From Balanoglossus misakiensis (Eukaryota > Animalia > Hemichordata), in the NCBI GenBank assembly GCA_040954595.2, contig CM082579.2, positions 14,137,834 through 14,201,833 on the forward strand: a stretch of 64,000 nucleotides of DNA. Reading direction: 5' to 3'. Shown here one piece after another: positions 15,001-27,920 of this stretch. Numbering within the stretch: position 1 is the first letter of the stretch; every line of letters starts with the position of its first letter. Below the pieces are notes generated by a model. The model made no database searches. It was not told the DNA's origin and was given only the letters and a program-made list of their open reading frames with translations. A program made the translations under genes and the position numbers.

Positions 15001-18000
15001 GTCATTTTTTGATGATTTTCACCATGATTTTTTTTTAAAAATCGACGAAATTTTGAGATTTTGCAAAGACGAAAATTTGTCATTTTTTGATGATTTTCAC
15101 CCATGTTTTTTTTCAAAAATCAACGAACCCATGATTTTTTTTCAAAAAAGGACAAAATTTTGAGATTTTGCAAAGTCGAAAATTTGTCATTTATTAATGA
15201 TTTTCACCCATGATTTTTTTTCAAAAATCGACAAAATTTTGAGATTTGCAAAGTCGAAAATTTGTAATTTTTTGATGATTTTCACCCGTTTTTTTTTCAA
15301 AATTGAACGAACCCATGATTTTTTTCAAAAATCGACGAAATTTTGAGATTTTGCAAAGTCGAAAATTTGTCATTTTTTGATGATTTTCACCATGATTTTT
15401 TTTTAAAAATCGACGAAATTTTGAGATTTTGCAAAGACGAAAATTTGTCATTTTTTGATGATTTTCACCCATGTTTTTTTTCAAAAATCAACGAACCCAT
15501 GATTTTTTTTCAAAAAAGGACAAAATTTTGAGATTTTGCAAAGTCGAAAATTTGTCATTTTTTGATGATTTTCACCCATGATTTTTCTCAAAAATCGACG
15601 AAATTTTGAGATTTTGCAAAGTCGAAAATTTGTCATTTTTTGATGATTTTCACCCATGATTTTTTTTCAAAAATCGACGAAATTTTGAGATTTTGCAAAG
15701 TCGAAAATTTGTCATTTATTAATGATTTTCACCCATGATTTTTTTTCAAAAATCGACAAAATTTTGAGATTTTGCAAAGTCGAAAATTTGTAATTTTTTG
15801 ATGATTTTCACCCATGTTTTTTTTCAAAATTGAACGAACCCGTGATTTTTTTCAAAAATCGACGAAATTTTGAGATTTTGCAAAGTCGAAAATTTGTCAT
15901 TTTTTGATGATTTTCACCCATGATTTTTTTCAAAAATCGACAAAATTTTTAGATTTTGCAAAGTCGAAAATTTGTCATTTTTTGATTATTTTCACCCATG
16001 ATTTTTTTCAAAAATCGACAAAATTTTTAGATTTTGCAAAGTCGAAAATTTGTCATTTTTTGATGATTTTCACCATGATTTTTTTTTAAAAATCGACGAA
16101 ATTTTGAGATTTTGCAAAGACGAAAATTTGTCATTTTTTGATGATTTTCACCCATGTTTTTTTTCAAAAATCAACGAACCCATGATTTTTTTTCAAAAAA
16201 GGACAAAATTTTGAGATTTTGCAAAGTCGAAAATTTGTCATTTATTAATGATTTTCACCCATGATTTTTTTTCAAAAATCGACAAAATTTTGAGATTTGC
16301 AAAGTCGAAAATTTGTAATTTTTTGATGATTTTCACCCGTTTTTTTTTCAAAATTGAACGAACCCATGATTTTTTTCAAAAATCGACGAAATTTTGAGAT
16401 TTTGCAAAGTCGAAAATTTGTCATTTTTTGATGATTTTCACCATGATTTTTTTCAAAAATCGACGAAATTTTGAGATTTTGCAAAGTCGAAAATTTGTCA
16501 TTTTTTGATGATTTTCACCATGATTTTTTTTTAAAAATCGACGAAATTTTGAGATTTTGCAAAGACGAAAATTTGTCATTTTTTGATGATTTTCACCCAT
16601 GTTTTTTTTCAAAAATCAACGAACCCATGATTTTTTTTCAAAAAAGGACAAAATTTTGAGATTTTGCAAAGTCGAAAATTTGTCATTTTTTGATGATTTT
16701 CACCCATGATTTTTCTCAAAAATCGACGAAATTTTGAGATTTTGCAAAGTCGAAAATTTGTCATTTTTTGATGATTTTCACCCATGATTTTTTTTCAAAA
16801 ATCGACGAAATTTTGAGATTTTGCAAAGTCGAAAATTTGTCATTTATTAATGATTTTCACCCATGATTTTTTTTCAAAAATCGACAAAATTTTGAGATTT
16901 TGCAAAGTCGAAAATTTGTAATTTTTTGATGATTTTCACCCATGTTTTTTTTCAAAATTGAACGAACCCATGATTTTTTTCAAAAATCGACGAAATTTTG
17001 AGATTTTGCAAAGTCGAAAATTTGTCATTTTTTGATGATTTTCACCCATGATTTTTTTCAAAAATCGACAAAATTTTTAGATTTTGCAAAGTCGAAAATT
17101 TGTCATTTTTTGATTATTTTCACCCATGATTTTTTTCAAAAATCGACAAAATTTTTAGATTTTGCAAAGTCGAAAATTTGTCATTTTTTGATGATTTTCA
17201 CCATGATTTTTTTTTAAAAATCGACGAAATTTTGAGATTTTGCAAAGACGAAAATTTGTCATTTTTTGATGATTTTCACCCATGTTTTTTTTCAAAAATC
17301 AACGAACCCATGATTTTTTTTCAAAAAAGGACAAAATTTTGAGATTTTGCAAAGTCGAAAATTTGTCATTTATTAATGATTTTCACCCATGATTTTTTTT
17401 CAAAAATCGACAAAATTTTGAGATTTGCAAAGTCGAAAATTTGTAATTTTTTGATGATTTTCACCCGTTTTTTTTTCAAAATTGAACGAACCCATGATTT
17501 TTTTCAAAAATCGACGAAATTTTGAGATTTTGCAAAGTCGAAAATTTGTCATTTTTTGATGATTTTCACCATGATTTTTTTTTAAAAATCGACGAAATTT
17601 TGAGATTTTGCAAAGACGAAAATTTGTCATTTTTTGATGATTTTCACCCATGTTTTTTTTCAAAAATCAACGAACCCATGATTTTTTTTCAAAAAAGGAC
17701 AAAATTTTGAGATTTTGCAAAGTCGAAATTTGTCATTTTTTGATGATTTTCACCCATGATTTTTCTCAAAAATCGACGAAATTTTGAGATTTTGCAAAGT
17801 CGAAAATTTGTCATTTTTTGATGATTTTCACCCATGATTTTTTTTCAAAAATCGACGAAATTTTGAGATTTTGCAAAGTCGAAAATTTGTCATTTATTAA
17901 TGATTTTCACCCATGATTTTTTTTCAAAAATCGACAAAATTTTGAGATTTTGCAAAGTCGAAAATTTGTAATTTTTTGATGATTTTCACCCATGTTTTTT

Positions 18001-21000
18001 TTCAAAATTGAACGAACCCATGATTTTTTTCAAAAATCGGCGAAATTTTGAGATTTTGCAAAGTCGAAAATTTGTCATTTTTTGATGATTTTCACCCATG
18101 ATTTTTTTCAAAAATCGACAAAATTTTTAGATTTTGCAAAGTCGAAAATTTGTCATTTTTTGATTATTTTCACACATGATTTTTTTCAAAAATCGACAAA
18201 ATTTTTAGATTTTGCAAAGTCGAAAATTTGTCATTTTTTGATGATTTTCACCATGATTTTTTTTTAAAAATCGACGAAATTTTGAGATTTTGCAAAGACG
18301 AAAATTTGTCATTTTTTGATGATTTTCACCCATGTTTTTTTTTCAAAAATCAACGAACCCATGATTTTTTTTCAAAAAAGGACAAAATTTTGAGATTGTG
18401 CAAAGTCGAAAATTTGTCATTTATTAATGATTTTCACCCATGATTTTTTTTCAAAAATCGACAAAATTTTGAGATTTTGCAAAGTCGAAAATTTGTAATT
18501 TTTTGATGATTTTCACCCGTTTTTTTTCAAAATTGAACGAACCCATGATTTTTTTCAAAAACCGACGAAATTTTGAGATTTTGCAAAGTCGAAAATTTGT
18601 CATTTTTTGATGATTTTCACCCATGATTTTTTTCAAAAATCGACAAAATGTTGAGATTTTGCAAAGTCGAAAATTTGTCATTTTTTGATGATTTTCACCA
18701 AAGACTTTTTTTCAAAAATTTACGAAATTTTGAGATTTTGCAAAGTCGAAAATTTGTCATTTTTTGATGATTTTCACCCATGTTTTTTTTTTCAAAAATC
18801 GACGAAATTTTGAGATTTTGCAAATTCGAAAATTTGTAATTTTTTGATGATTTTCACCCATGTTTTTTTTCAAAAATCAACGAACCCATGATTTTTTTTC
18901 AAAAGAGGACAAAATTTTGAGATTTTGCAAAGTCGAAAATTTGTCATTTTTTGATGATTTTCACCCATGATTTTTTTCAAAAATCGACGAAATTTTGAGA
19001 TTTTGCAAAGTCGAAAATTTGTCATTTTTTGATGATTTTCACCCATGATTTTTTTTCAAAAATCGACGAAATTTTGAGATTTTGCAAAGTCGAAAATTTG
19101 TCATTTATTAATGATTTTCACCCATGATTTTTTTTCAAAAATCGACAAAATTTTGAGATTTTGCAAAGTCGAAAATTTGTAATTTTTTGATGATTTTCAC
19201 CCATGTTTTTTTTCAAAATTGAACGAACCCATGATTTTTTTCAAAAATCGACGAAATTTTGAGATTTTGCAAAGTCGAAAATTTGTCATTTTTTGATGAT
19301 TTTCACCCATGATTTTTTTCAAAAATCGACAAAATTTTTAGATTTTGCAAAGTCGAAAATTTGTCATTTTTTGATTATTTTCACCCATGATTTTTTTCAA
19401 AAATCGACAAAATTTTTAGATTTTGCAAAGTCGAAAATTTGTCATTTTTTGATGATTTTCACCATGATTTTTTTTTTAAAATCGACGAAATTTTGAGATT
19501 TTGCAAAGACGAAAATTTGTCATTTTTTGATGATTTTCACTCATGTTTTTTTTTCAAAAATCAACGAACCCATGATTTTTTTTCAAAAAAGGACAAAATT
19601 TTGAGATTTTGCAAAGTCGAAAATTTGTCATTTTTTGATGATTTTCACCATGATTTTTTTTTAAAAATCGACGAAATTTTGAGATTTTGCAAAGACGAAA
19701 ATTTGTCATTTTTTGATGATTTTCACCCATGTTTTTTTTCAAAAATCAACGAACCCATGATTTTTTTTTCAAAAAAGGACAAAATTTTAAGATTTTGCAA
19801 AGTCGAAAATTTGTCATTTTTTGATGATTTTCACCCATGATTTTTCTCAAAAATCGACGAAATTTTGAGATTTTGCAAAGTCGAAAATTTGTCATTTTTT
19901 GATGATTTTCACCCATGATTTTTTTTTTCAAAAATCGACGAAATTTTGAGATTTTGCAAAGTCGAAAATTTGTCATTTTTTGATGATTTTCACCCATGAT
20001 TTTTTTTTTCAAAAATCAACGAAATTTTGAGATTTTGCAAAGTCGAAAATTTGTCATTTATTAATGATTTTCACCCATGATTTTTTTTCAAAAATCGACA
20101 AAATTTTGAGATTTTGCAAAGTCGAAAATTTGTAATTTTTTGATGATTTTCACCCATGTTTTTTTTCAAAATTGAACGAACCCATGATTTTTTTCAAAAA
20201 TCGACGAAATTTTGAGATTTTGCAAAGTCGAAAATTTGTCATTTTTTGATGATTTTCACCCATGATTTTTTTCAAAAATCGACAAAATTTTTAGATTTTG
20301 CAAAGTCGAAAATTTGTCATTTTTTGATTATTTTCACCCATGATTTTTTTCAAAAATCGACAAAATTTTTAGATTTTGCAAAGTCGAAAATTTGTCATTT
20401 TTTGATGATTTTCACCATGATTTTTTTTTAAAAATCGACGAAATTTTGAGATTTTGCAAAGACGAAAATTTGTCATTTTTTGATGATTTTCACCCATGTT
20501 TTTTTTCAAAAATCAACGAACCCATGATTTTTTTTCAAAAAAGGACAAAATTTTGAGATTTTGCAAAGTCGAAAATTTGTCATTTATTAATGATTTTCAC
20601 CCATGATTTTTTTTTCAAAAATCGACGAAATTTTGAGATTTTGCAAAGACAAAATTTTTTCATTTTTTGATGATTTTCACCCGTGATTTTATTCAAAAAT
20701 AGACAAAATTTTGAGATTTTGCAAAGTCGAAAATTTGTCATTTTTTGATGATTTTCAACCATGTTTTTTTTCAAAAATCAACGAACCCATGATTTTTATT
20801 CAAAAAAGGACAAAATTTTGAGATTTTGCAAAGTCGAAAATTTGTCATTTATTAATGATTTTCACCCATGATTTTTTTCAAAAATCGACGAAATTTTGAG
20901 ATTTTGCAAAGACAAAATTTTTTCATTTTTTGATGATTTTCACCCGTGATTTTATTCAAAAATAGACAAAATTTTGAGATTTTGCAAAGTCGAAAATTTG

Positions 21001-23280
21001 TAATTTTTTGATGATTTTCACCCATGTTTTTTTTCAAAATTGAACGAACCCATGATTTTTTTCAAAAATCGACGAAATTTTGAGATTTTGCAAAGTCGAA
21101 AATTTGTCATTTTTTGATGATTTTCACCCATGATTTTTTTCAAAAATCGACAAAATTTTGAGATTTTGCAAAGTCGAAAATTTGTCATTTTTTGATGATT
21201 TTCACCCATGTTTTTTTCAAAATTGAACGAACCCATGATTTTTTTCAAAAATCGACAAAATTTTGAGATTTTGCAAAGACGAAAATTTGTCATTTTTTGA
21301 TGATTTTCACCCATGATTTTTTTTCAAAAGTCGACGAAATTTTGAGATTTTGCAAAGACAAAAATTTTTCATTTTTTGATGATTTTCACCCGTGATTTTT
21401 TTCAAAAATCGACAAAATTTTGAGATTTTGCAAAGTCGAAAATTTGACATTTTTTGATGATTTTCACCCATGTTTTTTTTCAAAAATCAACGAACCTATA
21501 ATTTTTTCAAAAATCGACAAAATTTTGAGATTTTGCAAAGACGAAAATTTGTCATTTTTTGATGATTTTCACCCATGATTTTTTTTCAAAAGTCGACGAA
21601 ATTTTGAGATTTTGCAAATACAAAAATTTTTCATTTTTTGATGATTTTCACCCGTGATTTTTTTCAAAAATCGACAAAATTTTGAGATTTTGCAAAGTCG
21701 AAAATTTGACATTTTTTGATGATTTTCACCCATGTTTTTTTTCAAAAATCAACGAACCTATAATTTTTTCAAAAATCGACGAAATTTAGAGATTTTGCAA
21801 AGTCGAAAATTTGTCATTTCTTTATGATTTTCACCCATGTTTTTTTTTCAAAAATCGACAAAATTTTGAGATTTTGCAAAGTCTAAAATTTGTAATTTTT
21901 TGATGATTTTCACCAATGTTTTTTTTTAAAAATCAACGAACCCATGATTTTTTTCAAAAATTGACAACATTTTGAGATTTTGCAAAGTCGAAAATTTGTC
22001 ATTTTTTGATGATTTTCACCCATGATTTTTCTCAAAAATCGACGAAATTTTGAGATTTTGCAGAGTCGAAAATTTTTCATTTTTTGATGATTTTCACCCA
22101 TGATTTTTTTCAAAAATCTACGAAATTTTGAGATTTTGCAAAGTCGAAAATTTGTCATTTTTTGATGATTTTCACCCATGATTTTTTTCAAAAATCTGCG
22201 AAATTTTGAGATTTTGCAAAGTCGAAAATTTGTCATTTATTAATGATTTTCACCCATGATTTTTTTCAAAAATCGACGAAATTTGAGATTTTGCAAATTC
22301 GAAAATTTGTAATTTTTTAATGATTTTCACCCTTTTTTTTCAAAAATCAACGAACCCATGATTTTTTTTCAAAAATCGACAAAATTTTGAGATTTTGCAA
22401 AGCCGAAAATTTGTCATTTTTTGATGATTTTCACCCATGATTTTTTTTCAAAAATCGACGAAATTTTGAGATTTTGCAAAGTCGAAAATTTTTAATTTTT
22501 TGATGATTTTCACCCATGTTTTTTTTCAAAATTGAACGAACCCATGATTTTTTTCAAAAATCGACGAAATTTTGAGATTTTGCAAAGTCGAAAATTTGTC
22601 ATTTTTTGATGATATTCACCCATGTTTTTTTTCAAAAATCGACGAAATTTTGAGATTTTGCAAAGTCGAAAATTTGTCATTTTTTGATGATATTCACCCA
22701 TGATTTTTTTCAAAAATCGACGAAATTTTGAGATTTTGCAAAGTCGAAAATTTGTCATTTTTTGATGATTTTCACCCATGATTTTTTTCAAAAATCGACG
22801 AAATTTGAGATTTTGCAAAGTCGAAAATTTGTCATTTTTTGATGATTTTCACCCATGATTTTTTTCAAAAATCGACGAAATTTTGAGATTTTGCAAAGTC
22901 GAAAATTTGTCATTTTTTGATGATTTTCACCCATGATTTTTTTTCAAAAATCTGCGAAATTTTGAGATTTTGCAAAGTCGAAAATTTGTCATTTATTGAT
23001 GATTTTCACCCATGATTTTTTTTCAAAAAATCGACGAAATTTTGAGATTTTGCAAAGTCGAAAATTTGTCATTTTTTGATTATTTTCACCCATGATTTTT
23101 TTTTTCAAAAATCGACAAAATTTTGAGATTTTGCAAAGTCGAAAATGTGTCATTTTTTGATGATTTTCACCCATGATTTTTTTCAAAAATCGACGAAATT
23201 TGAGATTTTGCAAAGTCGAAAATTTGTCATTTTTTGATGATTTTTACCCATGATTTTTTTTTTTCAAAAATCGACCAAAT
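1..23280. repeat. 78-bp AT-rich tandem satellite, extending off the left edge, with ~106-bp variant monomers and higher-order repeats
   Basis: Consensus AAAAATCGACGAAATTTTGAGATTTTGCAAAGTCGAAAATTTGTCATTTTTTGATGATTTTCACCCATGATTTTTTTC is repeated head-to-tail; the 26-aa periodicity of the spurious ORFs equals 78 bp. Some monomers carry an extra ~28-bp AAAATCAACGAACCCATGATTTTTTTC segment. Confidence 0.98.
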
Positions 23281-23430
23281 AAATAAAACAACAATACTGT
23301 TGAATTAACGGACGTTTTATTTTGAAATTGCTCTGTGGAAATATTTTTCACTTTGCCACGCGTGATGCCCGTCTTGTCACTTTTTGTCGTCTGCTTCATG
23401 TTTAATGCTCGATCCCGGCTGGATCCCGGC

Positions 23431-23577
23431 CTTGCCGTTGTATGGGCATGCGAACGATTCCACTTGTATGTATATGGTCAGAAATTCACCATTGTGACAG
23501 ACCACAAGCCGTTGGTCCACATATACAACAATCCAATTTCGAAACCACCTGCCAGAATCGAACGTTGGGCACTGAAA
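23431..23577 (+). mobile_element. Ty3/Gypsy LTR retrotransposon pol fragment (RNase H domain)
   Basis: Translation LAVVWACERFHLYVYGQKFTIVTDHKPLVHIYNNPISKPPARIERWALK matches the Gypsy RNase H motifs LAxVWA..F..YxxG..F.xxTDHKPL...R..RW. Truncated at both ends. Confidence 0.9.
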
Positions 23578-23785
23578 ATCAACAACAGTTAAATCAAAAC
23601 TGATGTACCTAAAGACAAGCATGAAATAATGCATCAACTTGATTTTTATGAACAGTTTGGGAAATTTGAGAATATTATCTCAGAAGGAAAAACTATCTAC
23701 TTTCTCACCTTGAATAAAGTTGATATTTCACCAAAAATTACAGTGAAGCAATAAAATTTTTGATGAGGAAACTTCTCAATTGTCA

Positions 23786-23908
23786 ACATACATACATACA
23801 TACATACATACATACATACATACATACATACATACATACATACATACATACATACATACATACATACATACATACATACATACATACATACATACATACA
23901 TACATACA
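23786..23908. repeat. (TACA)n microsatellite
   Basis: About 30 perfect copies are visible directly. Confidence 0.98.
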
Positions 23909-24009
23909 ATTTAAAATAATTTAGGGAGTGATTAAGACTTCAACTTGGACTCTATTGATAATAATATAACTCTTTGTAATAAATGCCATCGGTGCTTAAA
24001 TCTTCATTA

Positions 24010-24318
24010 TATTATACCAGTATATTGATGGTGTAAATCACGCTATTTGATTGGTCGAGACACGACACGTGACCGTGATATATTAGCCATATACCACAGT
24101 CATATATCATAGTCAAAGAAAATGCCTTTTTAAAATGTTTAATGCAAAGTTTCAATATACTGGCATAATATAATAGCAATAAAACACCCCAGTCATGGTA
24201 TACCACTCGATTTTGACCAGTTCAACTCCATATACGCACTCGCTATCGCTCGTGCGTATATGTCGTGAACTGGTCAAAATCTCGTGGTATACCATGGCTG
24301 GGGGTGTTTTATTGCTTA
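24010..24318. mobile_element. Non-autonomous element with long terminal hairpin, resembling CryptonV-type MITEs
   Basis: 24175-24316 is a ~65-bp-arm inverted repeat (AGCAATAAAACACCCCCAG...CTGGGGGTGTTTTATTGCT) around a CACTCGCTATCGCTCGTG loop, with a TGATTGGTC motif upstream. The family assignment is by resemblance only. Confidence 0.6.
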
Positions 24319-24399
24319 AATATTAAATCAAGTCAATCAATGTGCACAAACATTACACACACTCATTAATACATAGAGACAGACACAGACAGACACATA

Positions 24400-24403
24400 C
24401 ACA

Positions 24404-24467
<64 letters not shown>
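24400..24467. repeat. (CA)n microsatellite
   Basis: Visible directly. Confidence 0.95.
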
Positions 24468-24470
<3 letters not shown>

Positions 24471-24813
24471 CCTATTTTGCTTTAATTTTTTTGTTTGAAA
24501 CTTTCATATCAACTGAAGAGTTGTTGACGTTTGACCTTGGATGTACTGAGGTCACCATACACACTCACATTTGTCTGTGTCATAATCACAGACTGAAGCA
24601 AAGTAAAATAAATCACAGCAGCTGTACTGATGTTAACATTGCATTGTTTAATATTCAAGATCAAGTTAAAGTGCATTTATTTATTGGAAGAATCCAGTTA
24701 TGGCAACTTGATCCTAGGCGATGTAACTATCCGCCCCACACACAAGTTGAATCATGTATGATATATGTTTCAAACAGCGCGGCATAAGGCCAGAGTTAGC
24801 CTCAAGTTGTGAT

Positions 24814-24850
<37 letters not shown>

Positions 24851-25283
24851 ATGGCATATGTTACATCATGAATCAAAAATCAAGCAAGTTAAGTTGAGTA
24901 CGAGATACTGACAAGAACGTCTCAGTCAACCTATTGCATGCAGCACATTGTCAACGTCGCGTCGATCGTGTTTGGCATGATCATGATGACGCTTGACGTG
25001 CAAGGCGACTCAATAGATTGCCACATCACAAACCAGTACAAATTGTGCATCGTGTGGTCATGTTACGTGTACGACAAATCTGCCGGTTATGAGAAGGAGG
25101 TAAAATCTCAACTTACCAACACTCAGTCAGTCTGATAAGATACGATGCAGCATGTAAGGCAGAATCCGACGAAAAGTCCTGGTACTAGGTCAAGCTAGTA
25201 AAAGAATGCCATATTCTCTGTACCGATACACCGCCCTCTCTGGACAGTCTCCGTACCAATACACCCGCCCTCTTTAGACAAAT

Positions 25284-25726
25284 TTATCTCGAGATCTCGA
25301 GATAAAAAAATAAAAAGTCGGGAAAACGAATTGGAATTATCTCGAGATCTCGAGATAAAAAAATAAAAAGTCGGGAAAACGAACTTGAATTATCTCGAGA
25401 TCTCGAGATAAAAAAATAAAAAGTCGGGAAAACGAATTGGAATTATCTCGAGATCTCGAGATAAAAAAATAAAAAGTCGGGAAAACGAACTTGAATTATC
25501 TCGAGATCTCGAGATAAAAAAATAAAAAGTCGGGAAAACGAATTGGAATTATCTCGAGATCTCGAGATAAAAAAATAAAAAGTCAGGAAAACGAATAGCA
25601 TTATCTCGAGATCTCGAGATAAAAAAATAAAAAGTCAGGAAAACGAATGGAATTATCTCGAGATCTCGAGATAAAAAAATAAAAAGTCAGGAAAACGAAT
25701 GGAATTATCTCGAGATCTCGAGATAA
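25284..25726. repeat. 52-53-bp minisatellite containing the 22-bp perfect palindrome TTATCTCGAGATCTCGAGATAA (9 palindromes)
   Basis: Palindromes start at about 25284, 25337, 25390, 25443, 25496, 25549, 25601, 25653 and 25705, separated by near-identical linkers AAAAATAAAAAGTC(G/A)GGAAAACGAAxxGAA. Confidence 0.95.
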
Positions 25727-26099
25727 TTTTTTATTTATTGCGTATATACATGTCCCCAACTGGCTTTCATATAAAACCACTGCATCAGGTGAATCTCAAT
25801 TTTTAAGAGCGATACTTCAAACATGCAGCACTGTTTACAAATCGGGGTCAAAGGTTATACAAGAATAACCATGTACAGTTGGTATTTTTCGGATGTACCT
25901 CTGGCCATGGCCTTGGTCTATAAATTGTTCTTGACAACATATATTTTTAAAGATTTTTGTTTACTGAATTACATCTATAGCTTATAGTGATGGCTGTTTA
26001 CCTAATAATTATTTTAACAACGCCAACTTAGCTGGCGCTGGATCGAGGGTACAGGACTATCCTAGGTCAAGGGTCAATCGTGAATGTTTTGGTCGCGAA

Positions 26100-26665
26100 T
26101 CAGCTGATCTTTTACAACAGCGTGTTACGCCCCTTTTTTAAATTTCTCATGAGTGGAGACGTCAGTGAAAGAACATATTTCGGATAATGGAGCATTCTTG
26201 GCAGTGTTTTCAAAGGGTTTCGCAACCTTTCTACATGGGACGCGGCGGCGCTTGGCAGAACTTTGCGAGGTGGTCGTCATCACAGGTCGCACCGTAGTTG
26301 AGAGAGAGAGCCATGACACTGACAGAGCCGGGTGAGTGATTGAGATCCTGGATCAGTTGCCGTCACTCAGATCACTAGACATTCTCTCTCATTAGGGTGT
26401 AGCTACGGTGTTGCCACGGGACCTACGACGTTTTATCGTGACGTCGGTGTTGCCCCGACCGGCCAGGGAAGTATATCAGATATGATGAGTCCGGTGATGA
26501 CTTGGCTTTACGGCAGTCGCTGTGCCTGTAGATAAAGGAAAGGAACAGTACAACGCGCCGCCAGTGTGATTAGCATCGCTTGGAGCAAGACTAGATGACA
26601 GACATCGCCAGGGTCGTTGGCAAGACCTTGGCGGGCAGAGATGTGTGACACAGGTCCTCCTACAG
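26100..26665 (+). pseudogene. GC/CpG-rich degenerate exon ending in a splice donor; possibly a decayed C-type-lectin-like exon
   Basis: The CpG-rich block ends at CAG|GTAAG (~26665). Broken frames give WQCFQ..., TWDAA..., QC.SIAW... and PWRAEMCD, loosely resembling C-type lectin motifs, but with many stops and frameshifts. Confidence 0.25.
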
Positions 26666-27739
26666 GTAAGCCAGTCTTAATTCTTTTACATGCTTTTCAG
26701 AGTCAGCTTTTTGAGATGGTGAGATCTCTGTCTGGTGGTTTCTCTGTGTGACCTTTAGCTCTGCATACAGCCGGGAACACACAGACCTGTACGCAGAGCT
26801 ATGTGACCTTCTGAGTCATATAATAATGTCACATTTAGTACTACATTATCTCTATGGAAACACAGCTAGGGGGAGGGTGGAGGGGGGGGTTCTATGCTGG
26901 TTTCCCCCATCATAGACCCACCCGTGACCCCCACCACAAAAATCTGTAGTGAAACAACAGCCAAACCAGTGCACTATATCACAGTCCCTCTATTACATAC
27001 TGTGACTGTATAAGCTAAAAAATAAGACATTCACTTTTTGAAATAAACATTTCTCTGTTAATTATCTCTGAAAGCTTGATATAGGAGAACATTTCGGTTA
27101 CTTCAATGTCACCATTGTTTTCACTACTATCACGTAACAAGCAATTTAAATTACCTTCGCAAAAACAGTATGCTCTATGTTTTTTTGTTAACGCTTTGAG
27201 ATGTCTGGCTCAAATCTTCGTGAATGCAAGCTGTCATAACTTTTGTACAAAGTAGTGTCTCATTTTTTTTTAAAGCAACTAGCTTGATTTTTAAAATGAA
27301 AAAAACTTCTGATATACTAGGAATAGTAGGATTTATTCACTGCTCCAGAAGTTTTCTGAATTACAATGCACTTAACGGGACATTAGCTGTAACTTTTGGC
27401 TTTAATTGATGTACATATATTTTTGTTCTGAGTATCAATGGGAATTTCTTGTTCTACTCCAAACAGCATGCTAATATACCCATTTATACTTCACTTGTCA
27501 ACATAGCCCGTGAATGTGTAATGTTATCATTCACATTTTTTTACTACTGTTACGTAAATATGCAACATGTCTAATAAATATGTTTTTATAGAATATATTT
27601 ATTTATTTAGAGTAAAATGTTTTTGGTGACATTTAAATATTTAGTGGATGGTATTTTATACATCAATTGTGGGTTTCAACATATTGTTGGGAGTAGCACA
27701 AGAATCTTAAGTGGCCACATAGAATTAATTTTCAACCTT

Positions 27740-27916
27740 CAGTAAAACCTGTCAAAACCAAACCCTGTCTAATCTGGAAACCTGTCTATACTGAACACCT
27801 TTTCAGTACCTTCGACATAGAATCACATGTTAAAAGAACCTTTACAAACTGGAAATGTCTGTAAACTGAACAATTTCTTCAGTGCCTTCAGTGTTCGGTT
27901 CAGACAGGTTTTACTG
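27740..27916. mobile_element. Tc1/mariner (pogo/Tigger-like) MITE; relatives at ~47322-47482, ~52388-52550, ~59405-59590 and ~63811-64000
   Basis: TIR CAGTAAAACCTGTC...GACAGGTTTTACTG followed by TA; the relatives have TA-CAGTCAAACC...TTGACTG ends. Confidence 0.7.
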
Positions 27917-27920
27917 TATT

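Noticed and set aside
248-23213. Dozens of K/F/N-rich ORFs (MGENHQKMTNFRLCKISK...)
   Set aside because: They are translations of the 78-bp satellite (a multiple of 3) and break at random homopolymer length changes.
1-23280. CENP-B box or telomeric repeats in the satellite
   Set aside because: Neither TTCG....A..CGGG nor (TTAGGG)n is seen in the monomer.
23697-23909. MYVC-repeat ORF
   Set aside because: Translation of the (TACA)n microsatellite.
25284-25726. CRISPR-like array of palindromic repeats
   Set aside because: The spacers are near-identical rather than unique, there are no cas genes, and the context is eukaryotic.
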